Positions 34,545 through 44,233 of a stretch of DNA of 54,354 bases are shown here, in pieces. This stretch comes from an uncultured Elusimicrobium sp. (GTDB lineage: Bacteria; Elusimicrobiota; Elusimicrobia; Elusimicrobiales; UBA9959): contig CACZRG010000099.1 of the NCBI GenBank assembly GCA_902783485.1, positions 1-54,354 of the forward strand. The letters are read 5' to 3'. The notes beneath the pieces were generated by a model, which saw only the letters and a list, made by a program, of their open reading frames with translations, ran no database searches and was not told where the DNA came from. Position 1 is the first letter of the stretch; each line of letters opens with the position of its first letter. A program made the translations under genes and the position numbers.

Positions 34545-36003
34545 TTGAAACCTCTGCTGATTCCTTTTCCAGCATTTCAAGCCATCTTATTCCGGGTTCA
34601 TACCCGGGATTAATCTTAAGTTCCGCAAGCATTTCCTTTTCAGCCTTATTCAAATCGCCTTTTCTGCGGGCTATACCTGCAAGCGATGCGTGCAGAAGAG
34701 GCTGCTCCGGATTGAGTTCCAGCGCCTTCCGGTAATAGTACTCTGCCATTCCATACAGCTGTCTCTGTTCCTCGAACATTCCGGCACGCACAAAATTGGA
34801 AAAATCCTCAGGTGAATCCTTAACCGCCTCCTGCCAGAAAATATTTCTGTTCTCATAATAACTGCTTACACAGAATGAGACACATGACAGAAAAACAACA
34901 AATACAGATAATGCCGTTCTTACAAAAGCAAGCCTGGCGGCCGGAATCCTGAAAGCCGTCAGGGTTATTATAATACCAATAAACGGGACAAATGAACGGT
35001 GCTCAAAGAAAAGTGTACCGGAAACTATTCCATCTCCGGCAGCAAACGTTGGAAGCATAAAAAGCATGAACCATGCCAACCCGAGAAACAGCCGGTTCAT
35101 TGCCGGCTTATCTTTATCCCTATGCGCCACAGCAAACATTTTTATCACAAGGAATATGTAAGCGGCGGCAGCCAAAGCGTAAACAAAACTATGCCCCAGC
35201 AGTGAATATGGTGAAAAAAGCACCGGGTCAAACGGGAAAATATTTCTTCCAAGAATAAGTGGAAGATAAAGGATATTTTTAAAAGTAGCCGCTATGGAAA
35301 CCGATGTTCCGCCTGTGGAGGAAAGTGCCCTGAGCCCTGCCCATGCCAGAAACGGAACCGCCGAAAAGAAAATGATAAAATTCAGATCAGTCCTTGAATT
35401 ATCACGTCCTTTTATAAAAAGCCATAAAAAACACAGAACAGGCAGCATCACGGCAGATTCCTTGGTAAACATTGCCGCAGCAAACAGCAGAGAGTATTTA
35501 AAAAGGGATTTCAGTTCACCGGTTCTGCGGTAATCCTCAAAAAAAATGAAGGAGGAAAGTACAAACAGTGCCAGAAGCGGGTCATTACGTCCGGGCACCC
35601 ATGACACAGCCGATGCTGCTGCCGGATGTGCGGCAAACAGCAGGGCCAGAATACAGGCAGTAAAAGCTCCGGTCTCAAGTTTTCTAAGCAATGCAAAAAG
35701 CAGGCATACCGAACCTGCGCAGCATAGAATATTGGAAAGGTGCGTAAAAAACCAGCTTCCGCCATTCAGCAGCGTATCGGCCATAAAACTCATATTCAGT
35801 ACAGGCCGGTAAAAACCGACAGGCGCGGTTATAAACACATCAGTAAAAAACAGTGCGAAGAAATTCCTTATATCAGAAAGGAAAGGTTTTGCTTCTATAA
35901 GCAGATAATAATCATCAAGCCAGGAAAGGTCAAAAGACAGGGTCCGGCAGTAAAGCAGGAAACAGAAAAAGACAGGAAGCAGGCATATTTTTCTGTCGGA
36001 CAA
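34522..36003 (-). CDS. multi-pass membrane protein with C-terminal TPR repeats (GT-C/PMT-like candidate), paralog of 32260..33762
   Basis: Shared motifs are LSWLDDYYLL, FMADTLLNG and HPAAASAVSWVPGRND. The C-terminal part reads AEYYYRKALELNPEQP...ARRKGDLNKA. Confidence 0.6.
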   Translation of the reverse strand: MSDRKICLLPVFFCFLLYCRTLSFDLSWLDDYYLLIEAKPFLSDIRNFFALFFTDVFITAPVGFYRPVLNMSFMADTLLNGGSWFFTHLSNILCCAGSVCLLFALLRKLETGAFTACILALLFAAHPAAASAVSWVPGRNDPLLALFVLSSFIFFEDYRRTGELKSLFKYSLLFAAAMFTKESAVMLPVLCFLWLFIKGRDNSRTDLNFIIFFSAVPFLAWAGLRALSSTGGTSVSIAATFKNILYLPLILGRNIFPFDPVLFSPYSLLGHSFVYALAAAAYIFLVIKMFAVAHRDKDKPAMNRLFLGLAWFMLFMLPTFAAGDGIVSGTLFFEHRSFVPFIGIIITLTAFRIPAARLAFVRTALSVFVVFLSCVSFCVSSYYENRNIFWQEAVKDSPEDFSNFVRAGMFEEQRQLYGMAEYYYRKALELNPEQPLLHASLAGIARRKGDLNKAEKEMLAELKINPGYEPGIRWLEMLEKESAEVSNENSCDE

Positions 36004-36017
36004 ATGTTTTTCCTTTT

Positions 36018-37448
36018 TTAAATTCCTTTAAGAAGCAGAATAAGAAGTACAAGAAAAACAAGGCAAAGCAAAGCCTTTGTAAGCCCCAGGTATTTCTTAA
36101 GGAAGGCATTGAAGCCTTTGGCTTCATATCCCGCAATAGTCAGAGCCAGTACCGCAACAAGCGGAACTATGAACATCAGATTGTAAATAAGCAGATATTC
36201 AGCCGCACGCCAGAAATAACCGCTGCCGGTATCTTTAAGTATAAGGGCTATTGTGGGAAGATATACCTGCCCGGTGCACACTGCTTCCACAAGAGAAATT
36301 ATTATGCCGGAAACAAATGCCGCGCAGGTAAGCCTGAACAGGCTCTTTTCCTTGTCCCGCATGAAAAAACGCGTTACCTTGTGTATTCTTTCCTTGTTTT
36401 TTCTGGAAAGCTGCAGAAGAACCCTGTCAGCATTCTTAGTCTTCTGATATATTATGAAATCATACAGCGTAAGAAGGAAGAAAACAGCACAAAGGGCAAT
36501 AGTAAGATACTTGAAAGCCAGCATTACGGCCTGAAAACCCTGAAAGGCGTAAAGAAAACGGAACAGACCAAGACCTAAAAGCAGATAAGTAAGAAAAACG
36601 GCAAAGCAGTAAGCACCGCCTACGGCTATTATCTCCCTGCGGTTATATTTATAAACAGCAAGGAATGATACAAAGAAAATTATTACGGCAAAGGCGCAAG
36701 GGTTTATGCCATCTGCGAGCCCGGCGCTTATTATTGCCCATAATGTTATCTCACTGAATTTAGAGCGGTAATAATCCCTGCTCTGTGAAGCCCCGGCCGT
36801 ACCGGAATCACCGGCATTTCCCGAAAGTGTGAATGAGGCTCCGTGCACCCCGTCATCCGAAGGTTTCTGTTCAGACTCATTTTTTTCAACAGAACCGTTA
36901 TCATCTTTTACAGTGTTTTCCTGTGGGGCCTGTATGGAAGCCGGAACAACGGCACCTTCCGCTATCTGTGGCGCATTGTTCTGCGGAACGAATTTCATAA
37001 AATCAGGCAGATTCTTATAAGAGGAAATTTTCCTTACCGCCCCCATTCTGGTAACTTCACCATTCTCAAGTGCTTTATTAACGGCCTCATCAGCCTTGCT
37101 TCCTATATCATCGGGATAGCCGATAAGGAAAGAGTCTCCTATAAATACAGCCGGGACACCATCATCCTTCTGTCCGTAAAGTTTTGCAGTTTCGGCATAC
37201 GCTATACTGCCATCAGCAGTTGTTGTATCAAAATCATGTACAGTTATTTCATCTTTATGACGCCTGATGAAACGCTGCAGAAACTCCCTTTTCATTTTCT
37301 GGCAGTGGCCACAGTAAGGCGATGTAAAAAAAAGCACATCAACTTTTTTTACAGCCGTAGAGTCTGGACGCGCCTGGGCAAAAACTCCCGAAGCAAAGAA
37401 AAACATTATAAAGCCGGAAAATAGAACCGAAGCAAGTTTAGGAAACAT
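36018..37448 (-). CDS. thioredoxin-fold domain fused to a DsbD/CcdA-like thiol-disulfide transporter membrane domain
   Basis: Signal/anchor sequence, then SPYCGHCQKM (the CxxC thioredoxin motif). The C-terminal multi-TM domain has conserved Cys in GINPCAF and EAVCTGQ. Confidence 0.7.
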   Translation of the reverse strand: MFPKLASVLFSGFIMFFFASGVFAQARPDSTAVKKVDVLFFTSPYCGHCQKMKREFLQRFIRRHKDEITVHDFDTTTADGSIAYAETAKLYGQKDDGVPAVFIGDSFLIGYPDDIGSKADEAVNKALENGEVTRMGAVRKISSYKNLPDFMKFVPQNNAPQIAEGAVVPASIQAPQENTVKDDNGSVEKNESEQKPSDDGVHGASFTLSGNAGDSGTAGASQSRDYYRSKFSEITLWAIISAGLADGINPCAFAVIIFFVSFLAVYKYNRREIIAVGGAYCFAVFLTYLLLGLGLFRFLYAFQGFQAVMLAFKYLTIALCAVFFLLTLYDFIIYQKTKNADRVLLQLSRKNKERIHKVTRFFMRDKEKSLFRLTCAAFVSGIIISLVEAVCTGQVYLPTIALILKDTGSGYFWRAAEYLLIYNLMFIVPLVAVLALTIAGYEAKGFNAFLKKYLGLTKALLCLVFLVLLILLLKGI

Positions 37449-37488
37449 AATAACTCCTGTATATAAATTATACTTTTATTGCACACGC

Positions 37489-37529
37489 AAAAAAAAGGGA
37501 CGTCCCATATGGGAAGCGTCCCTTTTTTT
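37489..37529. terminator. rho-independent terminator, bidirectional in form, after the His-repeat protein gene
   Basis: A8-gggacgtccca-ta-tggga(ag)cgtccc-T7: an 11-bp stem with a 2-nt bulge. It lies between the stop at 37548 and the next gene's start at 37448. Confidence 0.65.
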
Positions 37530-37547
37530 AATGTCCGCGGATTTATG

Positions 37548-38657
37548 TTATTCCGCTTCTATCTTGTCCGTGCGGTCTTTTTTCACGAATCTGTCTGTTG
37601 ATACTCTGCCGAGGCGCTGGAAAGCCCATTTTACATAATACTTTTTATTTGCGCGGGTTTCCGGCTCATTCGCTTCTTCTGCGCTCACGCTCTTGTCGTT
37701 CCCGTTGAATTCATCACGGGTAAAGCGTATCTCATAATCGGAAGCGGTATCAAACTCATAATATTTAACACCGAGGCTCTTGTCAGACAGGAATTTATCC
37801 TTGAAAAGCTCCACTCTTACACGCAGTCTTTCACCGTTGTACTCATAAGACCAGCGGTCACTAAGACGCATAGTGAAATAAGGAGCGTCATAACGGAATT
37901 CCGTTACATTGACCCCATCAGCATCGGGATCAGTTGGATTTCTGTACTGAGGTTTCAATTCAAAAGTTTCGGTACCATAGGAAGCATTAGGTGTATACAC
38001 ATTATAGCGGTAAGGGGAATCCTGGCGTGACATCCATACCCTGTCCTGCTCTGCGCATACAGTAAACTCCTCACTCTCCCATGGATACAGATCACGGCGG
38101 TTCACATTAAGTCTTACATTGTGATAAAAAGTTCTGCCAGGTCTTGCGCGGCATACAAGCTGCTGGCCTTTTGTGTCCTGCATTTCCACAGCGGCAGATT
38201 TGTGGTGTCCTGGTTTGGGACCATGACCAGGCTGGGGGCCGTGACCGGGCTGGGGACCGTGGCCCGGCTGGGGTCCGTGGCCCGGCTGGGGTCCGTGACC
38301 CGGCTGGGGTCCATGACCCGGATGTGGTCCGTGACCCGGCTGGGGGCCATGCCCCGGATGCGGCGGGTGCGGATCCGGCACATAAACATAATGACACTCA
38401 TTCAGAAATTCATGGCTGGTAAGACGGTATACATTTGTAGTTATGGAAGAATTGGAAGGCGACAGCCTGAAAGTGTGGCAGTCAGTTGTAAAACGGGCTG
38501 TCACAAATCCTGTCGGCGGAGGTGGCGGAAGAGGCCGGGACTCCATGCTCTCCTTGTAAAGTTCCAGATTGACTCCTCTGTCAAAATCCATATATTCTTC
38601 GGCGAAAGAGGGTGAAACAAACGCCATAAGCGCGAGTATTGAAAAAATCTTTTTCAT
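37548..38657 (-). CDS. secreted protein with tandem GHGPQP (His/Pro/Gly) repeats
   Basis: Signal peptide MKKIFSILALMAFVSPSFA, preceded by an AGGAG RBS. I prefer the start at 38657 over the ORF-track start at 38702. The repeat reads HPPHPGHGPQPGHGPHPGHGPQPGHGPQPGHGPQPGHGPQPGHGPQPGHGPKPGHH. Non-repetitive domains flank it on both sides. Confidence 0.7.
   Translation of the reverse strand: MKKIFSILALMAFVSPSFAEEYMDFDRGVNLELYKESMESRPLPPPPPTGFVTARFTTDCHTFRLSPSNSSITTNVYRLTSHEFLNECHYVYVPDPHPPHPGHGPQPGHGPHPGHGPQPGHGPQPGHGPQPGHGPQPGHGPQPGHGPKPGHHKSAAVEMQDTKGQQLVCRARPGRTFYHNVRLNVNRRDLYPWESEEFTVCAEQDRVWMSRQDSPYRYNVYTPNASYGTETFELKPQYRNPTDPDADGVNVTEFRYDAPYFTMRLSDRWSYEYNGERLRVRVELFKDKFLSDKSLGVKYYEFDTASDYEIRFTRDEFNGNDKSVSAEEANEPETRANKKYYVKWAFQRLGRVSTDRFVKKDRTDKIEAE
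38203..38382 (-). repeat. about ten tandem 18-bp coding repeats
   Basis: Plus-strand units are of the form tccgtg(a/g)cccggctgggg. Units at 38275-38292, 38293-38310 and 38329-38346 differ by at most one base. Confidence 0.9.
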
Positions 38658-38805
38658 CAAAGTCTCCTTTAAAACAGAATTTTTCTGCCGATATACATAC
38701 ATATCATACCATATTTAATCAGATTGTCAAGAAAAGATATAATCATATAATACAGTTCCGCCCGGACTGTAGAATATAAAAACAACGACATACTTTAAGG
38801 AACAT

Positions 38806-40824
38806 ATGATGGTAAAAAAAATATTCATCACTGCGCTGTCTTTCTGTCTTGCCTGTGGCTGCGCAAAAAACAGTCAGTCTGAATTCTACAATGTGGAAAG
38901 ATTCGCAGATCTTCAGATTCTCCGCTACAAAGTACCCGGATTTGAGGAATTAAGCCTTCAGCAGAAAATGCTGGTTTATTACCTTGCTGAAGCCGCACTT
39001 GAAGGCCGTGATATTCTCTTCGATCAGAACGGGAAACACAATCTGACAATACGCAAAACACTTGAAGCCATTTATACTGAATATAAAGGAGACCGAAGTT
39101 CAAAGGATTTCAAGGCACTTGAAACCTATCTTAAACGTGTCTGGTTCTCAAGCGGAATACATCATCATTACGCCGAAGATAAATTTCTTCCGGAATTTAG
39201 TGAAAAATTCTTCAGGGAGGCGGCAAATGCAGTACCTGCGGAAAAACTTCCGCTCAGGAAAGGCCAGACAACAGAACAGCTTACAGATGAAATAATTCCA
39301 GTAATGTTCGATCCTGCAATAATGCCAAAAAAGGTAAACAAAAAAGATGGAGATGATCTGGTACTTACTTCAGCCGGAAACTATTATGACGGCGTAACAC
39401 AGAAGGAGGCAGAGACATTTTATAACAGAATGCACAAGGCCGGAGATACAAGGCCTCTTTCATACGGTTTAAACAGCCGGCTGGTAAAAAAAGACGGAAA
39501 AATTATCGAGGAAGTGTACCGTGAAGGTGGAAAATACTCTGCCGCAATAGAAAAAATAAACAGCTGGCTTGAAAAAGCACTTGAAGTCGCGGAAAACGAC
39601 GCACAGAAAGCAGTTATAAAAAAACTTATAGAATATTACAAAACAGGAGATCTGAAGGCTTTCGACGAGTATGCCATACTCTGGGTAAAAGACCTTGATT
39701 CCCGTGTGGATTTTGTAAACGGGTTCACGGAGACATACGGGGACCCTTTAGGCATTAAGGCAAGCTGGGAAAGCCTTGTCAATTTCAAAGACCTCGAAGC
39801 CACCCGCCGCACACAGCTTATAAGCGAAAATGCGCAGTGGTTTGAAGAAAATTCCCCGACAGACAAAATATTCAAAAAAGAAAAAGTACAGGGAGTTTCC
39901 GCCAAAGTCATAACAGCCGCCATTCTTGCCGGAGACCTTTATCCGTCCACAGCCATAGGAATAAATCTGCCCAACGCCAACTGGATACGAAAAGAATACG
40001 GCTCAAAATCCGTAACCCTCGGCAATATTACAGACGCCTACAATAAGGCAGCGCGTGGCAATGGTTTCAATGAAGAATTTGTAATAGGCAGCACAGAACT
40101 TAAGCTTATAAACAAATATGGCGACCTCACCGGTGACATACACACCGACCTGCATGAATGCCTGGGCCACGGCTCCGGCAAGCTTATGCCCGGGGTGCAT
40201 GAAAAAGCACTTAAAGCATACAGCTCTTCAATAGAAGAAGCCAGGGCAGACCTGTTCGGTCTGTATTTCATAGCAGACCCAAAAATGACGGAGATCGGCC
40301 TGCTGCCTTCACCAGAAGCCTACAAAGCCGAATATTATTCCTATATGATGAATGGCCTGCTTACGCAGCTTGTAAGAATAGAGCCGGGCAATAATATAGA
40401 AGAAGCACACATGCTCAACAGGCAGCTTATAGCCAGGTGGGTGCTTGAAAAGGCAAAAGACACAAAAGCCGTGGAATTAGTAAAGAAGAGCGGAAAGACT
40501 TTCGTAAAAATAAATGACTATGTGGAACTGCGCCGTCTGTTCGGAGAACTGCTAAGGGAAATACAGCGTATAAAATCCACAGGAGATTTTGAAACAGCCA
40601 GAAACCTTATTGAGAAATATGCTGTAAAGGTAGATCCGGAAATACACAAGGAAATACTCGCGAGAAATGCGAAGTTAAATATTGCGCCGTACAAAGGTTT
40701 TGTGAACCCGGTTTACAGGCTGGTCAAGGACGAAAATGGAAAAATAACAGATGTAACCGTTAATTATACAGAAGGCTATGCGGAGCAGATGCTACGCTAT
40801 AGCCGCGAATACGGCAATCTGTAA
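38806..40824 (+). CDS. dipeptidyl-peptidase III family (M49) zinc metallopeptidase, lipoprotein
   Basis: Lipobox-like ALSFCLACGC. Zinc motifs HECLGH and EEARAD match the bacterial M49 signatures HEXXGH and EEXRAE/D. Confidence 0.85.
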   Translation: MMVKKIFITALSFCLACGCAKNSQSEFYNVERFADLQILRYKVPGFEELSLQQKMLVYYLAEAALEGRDILFDQNGKHNLTIRKTLEAIYTEYKGDRSSKDFKALETYLKRVWFSSGIHHHYAEDKFLPEFSEKFFREAANAVPAEKLPLRKGQTTEQLTDEIIPVMFDPAIMPKKVNKKDGDDLVLTSAGNYYDGVTQKEAETFYNRMHKAGDTRPLSYGLNSRLVKKDGKIIEEVYREGGKYSAAIEKINSWLEKALEVAENDAQKAVIKKLIEYYKTGDLKAFDEYAILWVKDLDSRVDFVNGFTETYGDPLGIKASWESLVNFKDLEATRRTQLISENAQWFEENSPTDKIFKKEKVQGVSAKVITAAILAGDLYPSTAIGINLPNANWIRKEYGSKSVTLGNITDAYNKAARGNGFNEEFVIGSTELKLINKYGDLTGDIHTDLHECLGHGSGKLMPGVHEKALKAYSSSIEEARADLFGLYFIADPKMTEIGLLPSPEAYKAEYYSYMMNGLLTQLVRIEPGNNIEEAHMLNRQLIARWVLEKAKDTKAVELVKKSGKTFVKINDYVELRRLFGELLREIQRIKSTGDFETARNLIEKYAVKVDPEIHKEILARNAKLNIAPYKGFVNPVYRLVKDENGKITDVTVNYTEGYAEQMLRYSREYGNL

Positions 40825-40855
40825 ACAGAAATCCTGGCAGAATACTGACACACAT

Positions 40856-40887
40856 AAAAAGAGGCGGCTTAAAAACCGCCTCTTTTT
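40856..40887. terminator. bidirectional rho-independent terminator between convergent genes
   Basis: aaaaagaggcgg-cttaaaaa-ccgcctcttttt: a 7-bp GC-rich stem (12 bp if A/T pairing is included), flanked by A5 and T5. Confidence 0.75.
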
Positions 40888-40929
40888 ATCAGTTCCATTG
40901 GGAACTCCCGGCTGAAATCAGTCGCCCCC

Positions 40930-42156
40930 CTATTTTGTCTTTTTCTCCGTTTTATCTCCGGCTTCAGGTGCTGTAGCGCCTATACGCTTAAGTGCATCTT
41001 CGGCCGCCTTCAGTCCATTGGCTGCAGCACGCTGGTAATAGAACACAGCCATGTTCTTATCTGCCTTTACCCCGTCGCCACGTTCATACTGCACACCGGC
41101 ATTGTACAGGGCCGGAGCGTATCCGGCTTTCCCGGCTTTTTCAAACAGTTCAAGTGATTTTCTGTAATCCTGTTTAAGTTCCTTTCCGGAATAATACCAT
41201 TCGCCTAATTCAAACTGAATCTGCGGATTACCGGATGCTGCAGCGCGTTTCTTCCATTCTTCCGCCTTAGCTGTATTTTTCTTTGTTCCCTCGCCACGCA
41301 GATACATCCCGGCCATAAGATTCTGCGCTGCAATATCGCCTTTGGCGGCAGCCTGAACAGCCCATTCAAAAGCACGTTTGTAATCCTGTTTCACACCATC
41401 ACCGGTATAATACGCTATTGCCAGACTGCTCCTTGCAGTGGTGTTGCCTTTAGCCGCTGCCTTTGAGAGAATCCCAACCGCTTTCTTCTTATCCTGCCCA
41501 ACCCCTCTGCCGGATGAATAAAGACTGGCAAGAAGTACAGCCGCCTCGGTGTCACCGTCTTTGTATGCGCTCTCAAAAAGCTCAAAGGAAATTTCAGGAT
41601 TTACATTTACGCCACGGCCTTCAAGAAACATAATACCCAGTATTCTCTTGGCCTGGATAATTCCGCCTCTCGTGGCATAAGCAAAATGTTCTGCAGCCAG
41701 TGTAGGGTTCTGCTCTACGCCATCCCCGTTCATATACATAAGCGCCACATTATACCGCGCTGCAAGGCTGCCCTGCTCCGCAGATTTCATATACCATTCA
41801 AAAGCCTTGTTCATATTCCTCGGCGCACAGGTTCCAACTTCGTACATTCTGGCGATAGTCTCAGAGGCAATAAAATATTCTTTTCTGTCCAGCTTCTTCA
41901 GCAGATCCATGGCCTCGTCACATTTTCCGGAGTAGATAAGCGGCCCCACAGTTTTGTATTCCTTCTCGCAATCCCCGCATTTTTTCTCTTCAGGAAGTTT
42001 CGCTGTTCCCTTAAGAATGCTTATAACCTTTTCATCGTCAAATATCTTTCCGGCCTTCTTTTGTTCCTGTCCGCCACAGGCGGCGGAAAACAATGAACAC
42101 ATGACAGCCGATGCAATCATAATATAATTAGTAACCTTACAACCTGTTTTTTTCAT
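40930..42156 (-). CDS. Sel1-like repeat lipoprotein
   Basis: The start at MKKTG is preceded by a GAGG RBS. Lipobox LFSAAC. Many approximately 36-aa repeats with A..W(Y/F)..AA..G...A...L(G/A).(M/Y)Y..G.GV..(D/N)...A. Confidence 0.8.
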   Translation of the reverse strand: MKKTGCKVTNYIMIASAVMCSLFSAACGGQEQKKAGKIFDDEKVISILKGTAKLPEEKKCGDCEKEYKTVGPLIYSGKCDEAMDLLKKLDRKEYFIASETIARMYEVGTCAPRNMNKAFEWYMKSAEQGSLAARYNVALMYMNGDGVEQNPTLAAEHFAYATRGGIIQAKRILGIMFLEGRGVNVNPEISFELFESAYKDGDTEAAVLLASLYSSGRGVGQDKKKAVGILSKAAAKGNTTARSSLAIAYYTGDGVKQDYKRAFEWAVQAAAKGDIAAQNLMAGMYLRGEGTKKNTAKAEEWKKRAAASGNPQIQFELGEWYYSGKELKQDYRKSLELFEKAGKAGYAPALYNAGVQYERGDGVKADKNMAVFYYQRAAANGLKAAEDALKRIGATAPEAGDKTEKKTK

Positions 42157-42210
42157 AGACACCTCTGAGAAAGCATAACATAACCCTGCCACAGATATGG
42201 GGGACAGAAT

Positions 42211-43638
42211 CTACAGTCTGCCTCCACCGGGAAAGTCCTTTCCGTCAATGCCTTCCTCATCGTATATTTCCTTAAGAAATTTTTCAGCCTCAGGATCCCC
42301 CAGTGCAACAGCCCTGCGAAGCAGCTCAAGCGCCTTATTCATATCCTTATGCACGACGCAGCCATCATAATACATGACGGCCAGTGAATACAATGCGGGA
42401 GGATAATCCCTTTCTGCCGCCATCCGGAACCATTTCAGAGCCGTATTATCGTCTTTTTCAACTCCCTCTCCCTCTGAATACCGCACCCCAAGAGCGTTCT
42501 GTGCATACACATCGCCAAGTTCCGCCGCACGCCGGTAATATTCCACTGCCTTTTCAGGATTTTTCTCCGTGCCTTCTCCGGCAAGATACATTCCTGCAAG
42601 CGCATTCATGGCCTGGGTCTCTCCCAGCTCCGCTGCTCTTTCATTCCACATAAAGCTGTTTTTAAGATCTTTTTCCCCGCCCTCGCCTTCATACAGCATA
42701 TGGGCAAGACTTGTCATGGCGGGAACATATCCCTGCAAGGCGGCAAGCGTATAAAGTTTCCTGGCTTTACCGTCATTGAACCACACTCCGCGCCCCTCAT
42801 AGTACAGGTCCGCGAGATTGCACTGCGCAGCAGCATATCCATGATCTGCCGCTTTTTTAAACCATACCGCGGCTTCCTTATTGTCCGCCTCAACCCCTTC
42901 CCCATCACAGTACATAAGCCCTATCTGGTTATATGACCCATACTCGCCAAGATCTCCGGCCTTTTTATAAAAATCCATAGCGCTTAGCGCATTTTTTTCA
43001 CAGCCTTTGCCCTCGCGGCACATTCTTGCGAGGTTTACTATGGAATCAATATCGCCTTCCTCTGCAGCCATGGCAAAAAAAGAAAAAGCCTCTTTTTCAT
43101 TCTTTGCACATGCTTTTCCCTCAAGATTCAGATGCCCGAGAATATTAAGTGCCTGAACCTGTTTCTCAGAAGCTCCGCGCATGGCCCACCTGCAGGCCTG
43201 TTTATAATCACGCTTTACATGTTCGCCGTAATAATATAATTCCGCAAGCACTCCCGCAGCAGGCGGATATCCGGCTTCAGCAGCTCCTTTCAGATAACCC
43301 ACAGCCTTTAACTCGTTCTTTGCCACGCCACGGCCAAGCAGGTGCATAGTGCCAAGCCAGTATGCGCAGACAGGGTCAAGGAGTTTTTCGCCACGGCGGA
43401 AATAAACAGCGGCCTTTTTGGGATCAGCCGTCATTCCATGACCAAAAAGATACATACAGCCCAGAGCAGAACAGGCATTGGCATACCCGGCTGCTGCCGC
43501 TTTTTTAAGCATTTCTGCTGCTTCCTGTTCCTTTCCGCTGTCCAGTAGAAGCACCGCCTGCTCAAACACGTTTTTTTCTTTGTTTTTCTTCCCTTCCGCA
43601 ATCTGCCGGGGTTCTTTTTTTCTTTTATTCATACTCAT
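42211..43638 (-). CDS. Sel1-like repeat protein
   Basis: It has 11 or more Sel1-type repeats, for example AVWFKKAADHGYAAAQCNLADLYYEGRGV. No obvious signal peptide. Confidence 0.8.
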   Translation of the reverse strand: MSMNKRKKEPRQIAEGKKNKEKNVFEQAVLLLDSGKEQEAAEMLKKAAAAGYANACSALGCMYLFGHGMTADPKKAAVYFRRGEKLLDPVCAYWLGTMHLLGRGVAKNELKAVGYLKGAAEAGYPPAAGVLAELYYYGEHVKRDYKQACRWAMRGASEKQVQALNILGHLNLEGKACAKNEKEAFSFFAMAAEEGDIDSIVNLARMCREGKGCEKNALSAMDFYKKAGDLGEYGSYNQIGLMYCDGEGVEADNKEAAVWFKKAADHGYAAAQCNLADLYYEGRGVWFNDGKARKLYTLAALQGYVPAMTSLAHMLYEGEGGEKDLKNSFMWNERAAELGETQAMNALAGMYLAGEGTEKNPEKAVEYYRRAAELGDVYAQNALGVRYSEGEGVEKDDNTALKWFRMAAERDYPPALYSLAVMYYDGCVVHKDMNKALELLRRAVALGDPEAEKFLKEIYDEEGIDGKDFPGGGRL

Positions 43639-43657
43639 TTCAGTATCTGATAATCAA

Positions 43658-44170
43658 TCAGAACCGTGGTTTGTTCAGATTTTGCGGAGTAATGGCAGCA
43701 GGCTTTTTCCCCCACACTCCCATATCCTCCAGCATTGCCAGCAGAAACCAGAAAGCAAACACTGCAAAAATAAGCGCTGTTTTCAATGATTTTTTAACTC
43801 GCAGCAGAAAATCATGCTTATTGTCAAAATAACGGTTAAGCAGAATGTCATTAACCGTAGTATTACTGTTAAGTGCGATATAATTATCCGGAAATTTACT
43901 GGTTATATTGTTTTCTTCATCAACAAGCGCAAGCACATCCCTGGTTCTGTACCTGCCATTGGCACGGTATGTCTCCCTGACAATGGCAGCGTGATGTCCT
44001 GAGTAGGATTTTGACCTTCCGCCAATAAGACCTTTTTCCTTAAGCCCACAGTAATATGAATCAGCCAGAGGCTGATAAGTACAGTATAATTCCCCTCTGG
44101 TCATAAAACTGTTCACAGCCATGAATAACAGCAGGGCTGCTATCAGAAAAAAACAAAGTCTCTTTAACAT
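43658..44170 (-). CDS. small N-terminally anchored membrane protein, unknown function
   Basis: The Met at 44170 gives MLKRLCFFLIAALLLFMAV, a TM helix, and there is a second TM near the C-terminus (ALIFAVFAFWFLLAML). The longer ORF-track start would overlap the divergent phosphatase gene. Confidence 0.45.
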   Translation of the reverse strand: MLKRLCFFLIAALLLFMAVNSFMTRGELYCTYQPLADSYYCGLKEKGLIGGRSKSYSGHHAAIVRETYRANGRYRTRDVLALVDEENNITSKFPDNYIALNSNTTVNDILLNRYFDNKHDFLLRVKKSLKTALIFAVFAFWFLLAMLEDMGVWGKKPAAITPQNLNKPRF

Positions 44171-44233
44171 AAATATCGCAATATGCCACGGGTATTTCCC
44201 AGGCATTCTCTGATATTTTATTATAATATTTTT

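Noticed and set aside
38107-38615. Four overlapping ORFs (two per strand) across the 18-bp repeat, encoding Pro/Arg/Gly/Ser-rich or Arg/Leu/Gly-rich repeats.
   Set aside because: These are alternative-frame artefacts of a tandem repeat that lacks stop codons in several frames. Only the minus-strand frame at 37548..38657 has a signal peptide, an RBS and flanking non-repetitive domains.
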